The notes under the pieces were generated by a model, which saw nothing but the letters and a program-made list of their open reading frames with translations, did no database searches and was not told where the DNA came from. Of a DNA stretch of 64,000 bases, positions 13,595 to 26,593 are shown one piece after another (the stretch's first letter is position 1; the number at the start of each line of letters is the position of its first letter). A program made the position numbers and the translations under genes. This DNA is from Octopus vulgaris (lineage: Eukaryota), in contig OX597832.1 in the NCBI GenBank assembly GCA_951406725.2, positions 35,650,001-35,714,000 on the forward strand, read 5' to 3'.

Positions 13595-13629
<35 letters not shown>

Positions 13630-15294
13630 ATTCTATCACATACCATTGACATACATTCCTCTCATTTTCATTTCCCCCTCTTCCAACACTTTATCTCCTT
13701 CCTATCTCTCCCTACTGCACCATTCATTGTTTTCTATCCAATATCCTTACCAACAATCATCATGTAGCTGTCTTTCCTTGTTTCTTTTCCATTACTCCCT
13801 TGTTGATCACCTTGCTTTTGTCATTTTATTTTCCTCCAACTTAATCTCATTTCTATCAAGCCATTCAGCCTGACTCTAGCTCTTTCACCACTCTCCTTTT
13901 TATTCATTCACTTAGTCATGTTAACTTGTAGGAATCTATAAGATGGTAACTTATAAGTAAATAGCTGTCAAGCTAAATTTTATTTAAAGATATTGGGCAG
14001 GAAAAATATCTGGTAGAAAGACAAATATTAACAGAAGCCTACATCTATAGAAATGATTTGTCTTAATGCTCATCTGTATTAAACACTTCACAGTGTTATT
14101 TTATTCTAATCAATATTTTGCTCAAGGATTATTAGTAAGTTAGACATTTCTATTTAACACTTCAATTATCAGTAATATGAGTAGATCAGCTGGATTACAT
14201 CATGAGAATATTTGAATTTACAAACACTGACAGAATTTGTTTATTGAGTTGCTATGGCTTTCGCTTACATCACCATCGGTTATTTCTCTCGTTGATGTAA
14301 TAAACTGGAATGTTCCAAAATTAACCCATCCAGTCATAAACCAAAACCAGACATAAATATTATTCAAGGAACAAAGAAGACATTAAAATAACATTCATCA
14401 TGACTAAAGATTAAGAGTCCACAACTTACTTTTATCAGAAAAAAGTTTAAATATATCTTCGCTACAATAGACATTAACATTTGTAAATAACATTTAATAA
14501 ATGGAGGCTGCCATTAGCTTCAGTGAAGACAACTGTTGGACATGAGTTCGATATCTGAGCCTCCAAGCGGATAACCCAATGCAGTCAATGTTCCTTGTTA
14601 TTTTAGTAGTCATATCAGTTTTATTAAGGACCTCTGTAACATCTATTATTTCAGGTGGAATGTATCAAATTCATTTCTTTGTTAATGCTATCAATGACTT
14701 TATGCTTCCATTGCTATTTCTGATGGCTTCATATCACAAGGCTCAAATCTAATCTGAAACCTTGTTCTTCATTGTGTGCAGTCTTTAGAAATCTACAATG
14801 TGTCAGGTGCTGGTATTTGTACTTAGCAAAAAATGAGAAAGCTGGATGGTTGTGAACATCAAACCTCTCCCCGATGAGAACTGAACTCATGAACATAATT
14901 CGTGGTTATTGACTTTAAGTTGGAGACGTGACAGACATAGAAACATATGACAAGAAGGCAAAGAAAAGTGTGAAGGTTAAAAATTATTAAACAATGTTTA
15001 AGAGGAGGAGATGGATAAATATGAGAAACAGGGGACAGCTGAGTGCTGGTAAAGGATTACTTGTTGCTAGCTAACAGTTCTATAGATAGAGTAGGGCCCC
15101 ACTTAGACAATAACCAATATGGTAGTGTTTAAGTAAAAGAAGGAAAAGCAGTCTGGAAGGAGTGGAGAAACATGGGCTGGGAATAATTTATGATTAAGAG
15201 GTTAGTGGGAGAAGAAACAAGACTTCACTATTTTGTTCTCTCTTTGCAGTGTCAAACGAAGTGGGAATGATTTGAGGGAGATTTGGCTGCTATT

Positions 15295-15570
15295 TCTCTG
15301 CATTTATTGATCTGGAGGAGATCTCTGATACGGTTACACACACAATCGCTTTTGTAGTCAAGAAAGAAATTTGATGACGAAAGAGAAAACTGCATAAATG
15401 GCTTTTGAAATCTGTATAAACCATATCAGGGTGTTCAGTATGGAATTTGGTATATAGAAACAAATTGGTTTGGGTATGTGATGCATACTGACAAAGGATA
15501 CTGGCTGTAAAGTGAGTGCTGTTGGTGGTGAGTATTTGTGGAAGAGAAAGGTCAAGGAAGATACGATGCC
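15295..15570 (+). mobile_element. Decayed RTE ORF2 remnant
   Basis: FIDLEEISDTV (~FVDLEKAFDRV) and NWFGYVMHTDKGYW...ICGRERSRKI (~LRWFGHVMRM...GRPRKTW), with large deletions between them. Confidence 0.55.
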
Positions 15571-16494
15571 CATATAACGAGCCAACAAGAGAACCAGTCT
15601 GTGAGTTTTTCATCTGATAGAAATAACAGACCAATCTTCCACAAGTGTCACCCTGCCACTTAAAGAAGGGACACATTTGATTCCCTGTTTGAATATAATA
15701 GGGAGATGATCGAGGTTGTATAGCATTTGATTATAAGTCTGCTCAATTAGTATTTGTCTGAAATTAAAGAATAGCAATGACTGTCGTGCCTAGCTGGTAG
15801 TTATTAAAACACCGATGATGATGGTGAAGAAGATAATTGAATCAAATCAACCCTGAAAATGCTCCCACGTTGATTAGTAAAGCTCTCAATGGTGGCTAAA
15901 GTGATGTTAGCAGCAGTAGTGGTGATAGTGATGACAGCAGTGGTAGTGATAGCAATGATGGTGGTGGTGACGAGGAGTGTTGATGTGGTGGTAGTGATGT
16001 GTATGAAGAACTTTAAGCTAACTACTGATGAACAAATTTATTGCTTCACCCAACACAAAAAATAATGAAAACAAACATTTTCAATGTTATAAAGGTGAAG
16101 TCCAACCTTGTTGTTTGCGGTGTTTTGAGGCCAGAGTTTCTGTTCAACTTAGAGAACAAGTGTGACTATTTCAATATTCTAGTGAGAGAAGGTATAAGTG
16201 TCTGTTTAAGAAGTTCATTTCACAACCACATGGATTCTAATTCAATCCTTTTACCTAGCAGCTTAAACAAATGTTTGCTGTCATAACCTCAGATCAACCA
16301 ATGTTTTGTTGGTGAAATTTGGTAAACAGAAACTGCATGGAAGCCTGGCAGAGGAACCATTCCTGTAATTGATTTAATATGCCATCTAGTTTAACAGCAA
16401 TTCCTAATTGTTGGGTGTCAAACATACAACAAGGTCTCCACCTGTCATACAGACGCTGGAGAAGAGTTATGAATCTTTCCTTCTTCCTCTGAAT

Positions 16495-16568
<74 letters not shown>

Positions 16569-16670
16569 TTAAATAATAAGAGTAAAAAACATTGAATATT
16601 AATTTGATTAATATCAATTTAGAACCAGTGGTCTAGCATATAGAAAAATCTGAAGATTCAGAAAAATTAC

Positions 16671-16729
16671 ATTACATACATATAAGAAGGATGACCACTA
16701 AGTGGTCATCCCCCTTATGTGTATGTAAT
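16671..16729. repeat. Near-perfect palindrome (~29-bp arms)
   Basis: ATTACATACATATAAG-AA-GGATGACCACT-A-AGTGGTCATCC-CC-CTTATGTGTATGTAAT. Confidence 0.9.
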
Positions 16730-17519
16730 ATATATATATATTCATCATTGACTCACATAATATTATTGTCATCTATATTTCTTTGATATGATAAATATAT
16801 TTCTAATTTCCTTCCTTTGTTCTGTATTTTAGACCACTAAGACACTTCTCCACTATATCCACTTCCTAACATGGACAGAAGAACGAAAGATGTGTTGGAA
16901 TTGCTGTTGAAGAAAGAACAATATTCGTTAGTGGCAACAGTAAAGAAGGAAAAGAAGAACGAAGAGATGAACTTTTAATAAGTGCCCAGCTTTAGAAACT
17001 AATGGCATGAAATTGAATGGCTGAAATTACGAGGCAAGTGTAGACAGAAAGGAGCCACAAAGTTTCAAGCAAATATGATGATGCGGAGAAGTCTCAATGT
17101 CTTCTTGCTTAAGATTGAATATCTTATAAATTATTCATAACAATAAAATTAAAAATAAAATATTTCCAATGACTTTCTCAATATCAAATAAAAAGACACT
17201 AAAAGAGAAAATATCATTTTATAATTTTTATCATAATTCATCAAAATTTCCAGTTATTTGCAATAATTTCTAAACAAAACTATACATTTGTTGCCATTTC
17301 ATTTAATATGAACTCTCTATAATATATATACACCTGCTGGATCACAAAATCATATTTTCTCTCGATTAAAGGTACAATTTTAAAATCACTGTAGTCCATC
17401 TCCTTCACATAATTAATATTAAGACAAACTGTCCCCTGCAGTAATTATTTATACCTCCTGTCTAAAAAAGCCCCTCTTAAGATTTACTGCCCACTTTGCA
17501 TCAAGAGATACACCGGACG

Positions 17520-17562
17520 AAATGGTAAATGGAAACTGAAAGAAGCCTGTCATATGTATATG

Positions 17563-17603
<41 letters not shown>

Positions 17604-17823
17604 TTGTGTATCTCTTTGTGGCTATGCTTGTCCCCCACTATTGCTTGACAATCAGTGTTGGTATGTTTATGCTCCTGTAAGTTAGCAGTTTGGCATAAGA
17701 GACAGAGAGAATAAGTACCAGGCTTAACGAAAAGAATCCTGGGGGTTGATTCACTTGGCTAAAAATTCTTCAGGGTAGTGTTCCTGCATGGCTGTAGTCT
17801 AATGACTGAAACAAGTAAAAGAT
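17520..17823 (+). mobile_element. CORE-type SINE family A, 3' part
   Basis: GGAAACTGAAAGAAGCC, (TA)n(TG)n, ...GCATGGCTGTAGTCTAATGACTGAAACAAGTAAAAGA tail. Confidence 0.8.
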
Positions 17824-20800
17824 AACTAAAACTTGTTATTGCATATTATAAATGTATAACTGTAATACCATTGATAACAGTAGCAACACCACTAACATCA
17901 GATCTTAAATTCAAAGAAATTGGTTTATTCCTATCCTTTAATTAAAGATTTCTATTTAGACCTGAGTTTTCATTGTTGTCAATTAATTTAAAGAAGAGCG
18001 GGTTTTCTGTCACTTCTAGACTTGCATGGATACAATATAATTCATTGTTTGTAGGCTCATGGCAACAGAGAACATGGAGAGGGAGAAATTTGAAAATGAT
18101 GCCATTCTGGAGAGAAAAGGGTAAAATATTTAATGCTGGAGTTGAATGTGACACATAGGTAGGGATGGCAGAAAGACAAGAATCAAATGTATAAAATTGT
18201 TGACAACACATAGGTAAATTTACTTATCTGTATCTTTTATGAAACTATTTATTTATCTTTATCTTTTATAAAATTATTTAATTTCAGTTTATGTTTTATA
18301 AAAATTGCCAAGAATACATTTTGAGATGTTTTAGATAGATTTAATTTGAAACCATTATAAAATTCTTCTGGGAATTTCAAATATATAAACTGAAATAAAC
18401 TAAAGAAACAGTTCACAATAATCTGGCTGATATCTTTCTAAAATTATAATTATGAAAATAACAACAACTACAACAAAAATATAATGCCTAACTTATTTTT
18501 AGATATTTCATATTTTTCATTATTTAATCATTATCGTTATTGTTACTGTTGTTATTATTATTTCATTTAGGTGTAAAATAGAAATAACTTAAATAGCTCA
18601 AAACCTCTCCTAATCTACTTGACAAATAGTTGTGAAAAGGATAGCAAAAAAACAAAATACAAAAAAAAAAATTTAGTATTATAATAGAAACACAAATATC
18701 AAAATAATCACCCTATCATTTCTGCTATCAGAGAAGTTATGAATCTATTGGAATAGTAAAGTGAATATCCAATTATTTTTGTAAAATATGGATTTCATTA
18801 ATTGTTTAGAATAGTGTGAATAATTTTGCATTGTAGGTTTGCTATAAATATTACAGTTCATTAACTCAGATCTAATTAACAAAGCCATTTGTTATGTATC
18901 TATAGAAGATAAAAAATTGCATGTATAACTAGAATAGGTCAGCATACAGAACCATATCTTGAACACAAATGTTTTGCAAAACTACAACAACAAAAAGGTT
19001 TTCTGGCCCAAAAGCTTGATACAGGAAGGATACCTAACCATGTGAGAGTTTATTCTACAAAACACAAAAACAAGAGACACATCAGATTCTCTGATTCTCC
19101 CTACATTCTCCCCAGGATGATGTGTGTATGTATGTATGTGTGGGGATGTGGAAATAACTGGGTTGGTTCCAGGCACATCGTTGGCCCACTGGGAGTGAGA
19201 GGCTCCTCTCTTATTGCCACAACATCTCTCTAGGAGAGTGGGACTGGATTTTTTTTTTGCAGATTCGGAATCTCCGCAATCGAAAAGGTGGGTTACTGTA
19301 GAAAAAAAAAACAAAAAAATAACCGAAAGGGGATGAAGTCTATGCCCTTTACCTGCACCCAATACTTATAGTATATTCCAGTGGCCTTAATGAAACTTAT
19401 GAATCCATGGAACTACTGATTCAGGTTCATCAAATACAAAGAGCCAACATGAAATATTTATATAATTTCTTCTTGGTTTATGATCGGATTGCTCAAAGCA
19501 CTGTTTTGCCAACAGAATAACAGAAATGATAAGAATCACTACAAAAAACATGACTACCCATCTGGAACTGAACATATATGCTAATATAATGTGCAACATC
19601 CAGAATTAGTTGACAGTCTGAGAATATATCGAGTACCATTTCACTTGTAACTTGGATTCTTGAAAAATAACATTTCATAAAAGATAAGCATTGTCAAGGT
19701 AATGTTTTACAATTTTACAATATTTAAAGAATAAATTCAATAGAATACTGACAGATATAAAGTTAGAGGCTAGTGTTATCTATGGTTCATTATTTCCCAG
19801 GCTCCAAACATAAATAAATATTTGGGTGTCTTTTCTTGAAGCTGTTAAAATCTTTGTTGTGGAGGGACACAGGACTTGAAAATTATCATGAATTGGGGGA
19901 GGTGGGGTAACATGCTGAAATCTTAATGGAAAGTGAGGAGGTGTGGAATTTCTTCCAATACTTTGCATTCTTCTCTTCTTCCTTACTAAGCTCAGGGCTG
20001 TAAGTAATGTGTATAATGAGTGAAGCTTCTACCAGCAGATCTCTGTTATGGAAATCAGACATCAATGGAATATGATGAGTGATTAATTTTAGTTCCCACA
20101 GAAAGGCACTGTTTCCATCCCACAAATAACAAAAGAAAAGATTACAGCAAACTTTGTCTTTTGGTTGTAACAACATAATAATACTTAAGTAGTTAAGATA
20201 GATTGTTATGTACAGGGAATAATTACTTCACCAGCAAAATTCAAAAGATCATCTGAAGTCAGAAGAGAGGAGCAGAGACAATCTTATTACAATTATCTCA
20301 GCATGACTAGCATAAAACATGGCACAGAATAGTAACATAGTGTGTTTCTGCAAAAGAAAAGAAAAGAAGAAAGAGAGAGAGAGAGGGACAGAGAGAGAAG
20401 GAGAGAGAAAGAGAGGGAGGGAGAGAGAGATTGTGCGTGTGTGCGTGTCTTTGGTTACATAAAATTTGACCAAGGTAGGGAAATTTGGTTGGCAGATCTG
20501 AATTCAGCATCACCAATTTAGTAAGATAAACAATATTTCCTAATTCAGTAACAGAAAAAAAGTTGAGATTTGTTGTTGCATTGTATTAATATGTTCCCTC
20601 TGACTGCATCACAAAACAGTTTTCAGCAAGTTAATCCGTTCAAATTAATTATTTCCATTGATATACAATGATAAAACTGTACTTGAGATTCAGCAGTTAT
20701 TAACTATGGCTGGAACCCCTCGAAGTTAGTGTGTTAATAACTTTAGAACTTTCTCATAACAAAATATCAAACCCTTCAAGTTCATTTATCAGATTGTCTT

Positions 20801-20890
20801 ACATTTTTAATGAGAAGGGTCAATAAAAACAAACCCATAAAAATCCTCATTTCAGTTACATATATTTTTCAATATACAACAGATTTTAAA

Positions 20891-21370
20891 TACAAAGGTA
20901 AGTCACAAGTTATATGCAGTTTTGTTTCTGTAATTTATTAGAACAAATGTAGGAATTGAAGAGTTCTATCATTTTTGGACATAGTCTCAACAGGCTTGCT
21001 TATTTCGCCAGAAACGAAGGTTTTCAACTGATTGCACAGCCATTTATGCACATCTGTGTCTGTAGAAAATTGATGATTTCATAAAGGTGTTTGAGCAGTC
21101 TAGAGAGGTGACAGACAGAAGACGGAGATCTCGACTGTTTGCAAGATGTTTCAGCAAATCTAAACCAAATTTTTCAATGGTTTCATTGATGTGGGTGGCT
21201 TTAGGTGGGTTTGCATTTTCATACAACAATAACACTTGCTCTGACAATAGACCGCAGCATTTGGGGTGAATTGCTGGTTGCAGTTCGTTGGTCAGCAATT
21301 CACTGTAGCTTACGAGGGTGGCTGTAGACCACTTTCCAGGTAATGTTCCACAAACCTTTTCTGTGAGCAT
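20891..21370 (-). mobile_element. mariner transposase 3' fragment
   Basis: ORF 21044-21370: VLLLYENANPPKATHINETIEKFGLDLLKHLANSRDL (~LLHDNARPH...HPPYSPDL). TIR-like TACAAAGGTAAGTCACAAGTTAT at 20891. Confidence 0.75.
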
Positions 21371-21976
21371 GTGTGCGTGTAGTACTCATAAATTAATTTT
21401 TGGCGAATGTGTGTGTCTGTGTGGGGGGTGCTTGTGTATTTTTCAAGCGAGTGTGGACGAGTATATGCACATAGGCACATGCATGTGGGTGTGCGCACGT
21501 GGCGCATGTGTATGTATGGACATGCGCTCCTGTGTGTTCGCCACGAGCATATTTATACCTTTACTTTTTATTCTTATTGCTTATTTTTTACACGTTTTTA
21601 CACATTTTTCTATATTTTGCCTTTAGCCCTGTTTTTTCTTGTGCATGTGCATATATTGACGTGTGTATGAACCTTTTTTGTGTGCGTGTGTGTGTGTGCA
21701 AGCATGTATGCAGTTATGTATGGACACACGCACTTACGTGATTGCTATGAACATTTTTACTCCCTTAACTTTACTCCCTCCCCTTGCTTAGCAGTCATTC
21801 TAATAACTCTTTTGTCTATATACACGTCCATATACACACATACTTGCATGCATGCACACACACACACGTTTATATATGCATGTACCTGCACACATGCACA
21901 CATCCACACGTGCGCACAATAATCACACAGTAATTTCCCATTGTTTAACGATCATTTTCATAGCATTTTTTTCGAT

Positions 21977-22048
21977 GGCCGGATAACTGAAGAGATGCTG
22001 GCCTGGGTTTCCGCCCCGAAATCTGAAACTCGGAGTTTTATCACGGCT
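21977..22048 (+). ncRNA. Type-I hammerhead ribozyme motif at the end of a microsatellite-rich repeat (~21370-22145)
   Basis: (CCG)GATAA-CTGAAGA-GAT...ATC-T-GAAA-CTCGGAG-TT-TTATC(ACGG). Stem I GATAA/TTATC extended by CCG/CGG, stem III ACT/AGT, cleavage triplet GUU. Confidence 0.7.
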
Positions 22049-22201
22049 ACCAAATAATTTTCACATATTATATTTACAGATAAATTCCTCTATTTACATA
22101 ATATCAAGGTCTCTTTCATTCTTTTGTTGTCTAACCATTCCTATCAATATATATATATATATATATGTTTATATATGTACATATATATATACAAATAGAT
22201 A

Positions 22202-22255
<54 letters not shown>

Positions 22256-23444
22256 TACATATCTATATGTATATATATATTCAAAGAATGCCAAAAGAAT
22301 ATATTGACTGACTAAAAACAAAGAATATAACTCTTTCTCTTTCTACAGTAAATAGGAATTACCATTATCTGTGGAAAAATCAAACTTTGGCAGTTCCATA
22401 TTGAGTTTCTTTTATTTACATAGCATTTTCTTTATATCCTAAAAACTATGCGTGAGTTATTTGATAAGAATTACAGCAATGAAGCAAGTAAAAAAGAGCC
22501 AAAGTCAACGAGTGTTAATTTAATCACTTTTTGTCTCTCCAGAGGTTGAAGTATTACAAAAAAATGAAAAAACATTCTCTAATGAAGTGAACTAGGAATA
22601 ACTCCTTCTTCATTGTTATTTTATTAAATTTTCTGGAAGTTGGTAAAAAGAAAAAAAAAAATTGTCAAGTATCTTTGCTGCAAAGTATTATTGCAAACCG
22701 GATTGTGTTAGGAGGAAGATATGTAATCATAACAGCTAATATATGGACAGCTTGAGATGGTATAGGCAGATGAAATAACTGCTGCTGCTGTTACTACTAC
22801 TACTACTAGTTACTGCTGCTGTTACTACTACTGCCACAGCAACAGCACCAACATCAACAAAGCAAAAATGACAGAAAAAGAACAAAACAATAAGAATTTT
22901 CAATCTGCAACAAGTAAAGAATGAGAAGACATGATGCAGAAATTCCAAAACAGGAATGAATTAGTGTTGTAGAGGGAATGTTATGAGGTATCAAGCAGGT
23001 TCCCTCTCCCTCCTGCCTGCATCATTGGAAATCCTGACTACATTAGACAGCTAACAGGATGCATGTACCTCCATCCAACAACGGTACGACAGGGTGTGTA
23101 TAATGTGCTAATAAACTTGTGTTTGTAGAGAGGAATATTATAGCTACAGAGTAAAAGTAGCAAAAGTATCCATCTGAAGCTATTCTTGTACCTTTATTGG
23201 ATATAAGATCCTTGCATTCAATAATAGGAAAGAATTTGTCAAAATGCAGCATAAAAGTCTTTGGATTGAACAATGGATTGTAGCTGATATCATTGAGTCT
23301 TAGGTTACTCATCACATTAACAATACTCAGTCAAAGTCCATTGCACTTTGGTATCTTCTCAGGAATCCTTTAACGATCCAATATCTTAATTTTCGGTTTC
23401 TCATCAGCTGTTTTCTGTTAAGTGCTTATTGGTAATTCTTTTCT

Positions 23445-24010
23445 TTCTTTTATTCTTTTACTTGTTTCAGTCATTTGATTGCAGCCATGCTGGAGCACTG
23501 CATTTTAGTCAAGCAAATTGACTCCAGGACTTATTCTTTGTAAGCCTAGTACTTATTCTATTGGTCTCTTTTGTGAAACTGCTAAGTTACGGGGACGTAA
23601 ACACACCAGCATTGGTTGTCAAGTGATGTTGGGGAGTGGGGGACAAACACAGACACACAAACACACACACACATATAGGGAGAGTTTTACAAAAAAAAAC
23701 AACAAAAGATGAAGACTGGTGGTGTACAAAAACAGATGTATTAGTATAACGCTCAGGAATAGAAAAAGTCTTTTACATTTCGAGCCTACGCCCTTCTACA
23801 GAAAGGGACACAGAAAAAACAAGGAGAGAAAAAAATGTGTGATATACATATATACGACGAGCTTCTTTCAGTTTCCATCTACCAAATCCTCTCACAAGGC
23901 TTTGGTCGGCCCGAGGCTATAGTAGAAGACACTTGCCCAAGGTGCCACGCAGTGGGACTGAACCCAGAACCATGTGGTTGGTAAGCAAGCTACTTGCCAC
24001 ACAGCCACTC
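23445..24010 (-). mobile_element. Full-length CORE-type SINE family A, interrupted by an insertion
   Basis: Both halves are well conserved; a foreign ~165-bp segment (23676-23840) sits in the internal (CA)n/(TA)n tract. Confidence 0.9.
23768..23810 (-). ncRNA. Minimal hammerhead-like motif in the ~165-bp insertion (probable PLE 3' footprint)
   Basis: Minus strand GTCCCTTT-CTGTAGA-A-GGGC-GTAG-GCTC-GAAA-TGTA-AAAGAC. Stems I and II pair; the core has A6->U and GAAACGT->GAAATGT. Confidence 0.6.
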
Positions 24011-24499
24011 AATTTCTTCCTCGTTATTTTCATTTCACTTCTCATCCATTGAGAAATGGTATTCTTTATTTGTTATTGACCTGTTCCATCAATAAAATAT
24101 CTTTTCCACATTTAGGAACAGTAACAAGCTTCATTCTCATAAGCAAGTCCTTAATTCAATGAGTTCAAATCCCTGCATGGCCTACATTGTATAGTAGACT
24201 CAACCCATTGCTTGGTTTAACATCACCATCTCGCTCCACGGATCTTTTTCGTAGAGTTCATTCTCTTACAACCAACATGGCCAGACTTCCACTTTATATA
24301 TTACCTATTCAGAAATATAATGGTTATTGTCAAACTACTTGGAGTGTAGGTATGTAGAACTGTTTATTGAGTCCAAATATTTCACTAATGTGTGTTGCCT
24401 TCCAGTACACTTTTAAATTATATTACACACCCACCCACACGCACACATATCATGTGAAAAAAGCAAATACCTCCATACACACATGTACATATATATATA

Positions 24500-24632
24500 T
24501 CATCATCATCATAATTTGATGTCCATTTTCCATGCTAGCATGGGTTGGATGGTTTGACAGAAGCTGACCAGGTGAAGGACTGTTCAAGCTCCAGGTCTGT
24601 TTCTACAGCTGGATGCCCTTCCTAACACCAAT
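24500..24632 (-). mobile_element. RTE 3'-tail copy
   Basis: (ATC)n...CCATGCTAGCATGGGTTGGATGGTTTGAC...CTACAGCTGGATGCCCTTCCTAACACCAA. Confidence 0.8.
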
Positions 24633-26392
24633 ATAAACACACACACACACACACACACCACTTGCTCTTCTTCTCCCCCATCTTGTTGCTTATACTGTCT
24701 CTATTCATTTTCCTTATCAACAAGTGTCTTTCTCTCTCTCATTCTTCCTTTATCCTCTCCTGTATCACCCTCTCACTCTCACTAATTTCTCCCTCACCTG
24801 CTAAGGAGGAGGAGGAGACAGTTCTCTGTTAATGGGGATCAACCAAATGTCGGCAAGACAACAACAGAGAGATTTAAATTTGCTGGATGCAAAGTTGGTG
24901 CCATGATAAAATGTATCCAGGACAGCATGTAAAGCAGTTGGCAGAAGGAAGGAAACCAGTCATAGAAGAAAACATGCCAAATATGGAACTTGGGAACAAG
25001 ATGTGGTCTTGGCCTTTTTACCTGACTAGGTAAAAAGAACTGAGTCAGTCTATGGCAACATGGCTGACTCATGTGATGATAATGATAATGGTACATGAAT
25101 GTGTGCTTGTATACTTGTGTGTGTGTGTAACTAGCAAAGTATGTAAAGTGATAAAAGTTCTTTGAAGGTTTGTTGGTAATGAGTTTGTTAATTAAAAAGA
25201 AGCAAATGGAAGACTTCATAATAATTAATGTTGAAAGAAGAAAATAATATCTGATTCAAGACAAAATCTAGAAACAAACTATTTGGTTGAGTTTATTAAA
25301 GAATTAGACTGATTCTGGAAGATGGTTACAGAGGAATGGTATTGATAAATGTTTTAGAGAGACAGCAACAATCAGCTACTTCGAGTGCGACGAAAGGGAA
25401 ATACTTACTTTGTTGTTATCAAGTTGTAACCATTAAATCAACACCAACTTGATCTGAGTAAGCATGGAAACCAGTGTTGATACCAGCCATAGCTGGTGAT
25501 GACGATGATGATGATGATCTGCTGATATCAGGAAATAACTGAGAGGAATGGCAAGATAAATATAACAAATCATTGATGGAGTAGATGCTTAAAAGCATTC
25601 ACAAACGCAAGAGTTAGTTTGTGTAACTATGGCACTTTCTGAATGGAATTCCTGTTAATACCTTAAGTCAAACGTTAATCTAAGAAAATATAAACAAAAG
25701 TATTCATTAAGAAAACACAGCAGGGAAATGAGAAATAAATCAATAATTGATAGACTTGCCAGATTTCTACAAAAGTTAAGTTTTCCTTGCTAATTAATCT
25801 GATTGTTGTGAATTAAATAAATCAATTAGCAGGACAGATAACACTGATATTTTACTGAAAATAGCAGAATGCCTACTCTTATCTTTACATTTAAAGCAAA
25901 TTTTTTCCTATGGCCTTTGGTGACCCTGGATACTGAATTTCCAGATTTCTTTAACAAATATTCTCTTTGATCTTTTGTAACAGGAAAAATAAGAGGGAGG
26001 GGATAAATGGCCACAGATATAGAACCACTGTTTATTATTTTTGTTACCATAATGATGATGATGATGATGGCCATGCTGCCACCACCACTGACAAAAGTAA
26101 CCTCTTAATTGCTTTTGAGAAGAATAAAATCAACTCTTTGCCTTTGACTCAGAATTCTAGAAGGTTTCAGATATTAGTTTCAGTTTGCATCAGGAATATT
26201 GCCATAAAATAAGTTGTAATGTCGCACGTTCAGATGCCTTCTACTCAACTCTGCTCACTACTCTAGTCTGAACTCTGATGTCTAGGCTTCTCCCACTATA
26301 TCTACATATTGGGCTAACCTACTTCAGCATCTGGGGGCGTCCACACAACACCTCCCCCTTTTGATTTTTTTAAAATCTTAATTTTTACTGAA

Positions 26393-26423
<31 letters not shown>

Positions 26424-26427
<4 letters not shown>

Positions 26428-26593
26428 CAGGCTTGTTTCAGCTTCCAGCAACCAAATCCACTCAGAAGGCTTTGTAGTAGACCCTAGGCTATTGTAGTAG
26501 ACACTTGCCCAAGTTTCCACGCAGTGGGACACTGAACCTGGAAGCATGTGGTTGGTAAACAAGCTACTTACCCACACAGCTACTCCTGCACCT
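26424..26593 (-). mobile_element. CORE-type SINE family A, 5' half
   Basis: ...GACACTTGCCCAAG...GCAGTGGGAC...CAAGCTACTTACCCACACAGCTACTCCTGCACCT. Confidence 0.8.

Noticed and set aside
14502-14565. tRNA-like segment TGGAGGCT...AGCCTCCA with A/B-box-like words
   Set aside because: Too short, no anticodon or T stems, spacing wrong; probably chance or a very old SINE scrap.
16800-16980. Strong plus-strand acceptor at 16832 and short ORF MDRRTKDVLELLLKKEQ
   Set aside because: All frames from the acceptor hit stops, there is no strong donor, and no homology is recognised.
25400-25530. Minus-strand exon ending in a perfect GTAAGT donor
   Set aside because: All three frames contain stops; the sequence resembles a decayed RTE tail with (GAT)n.
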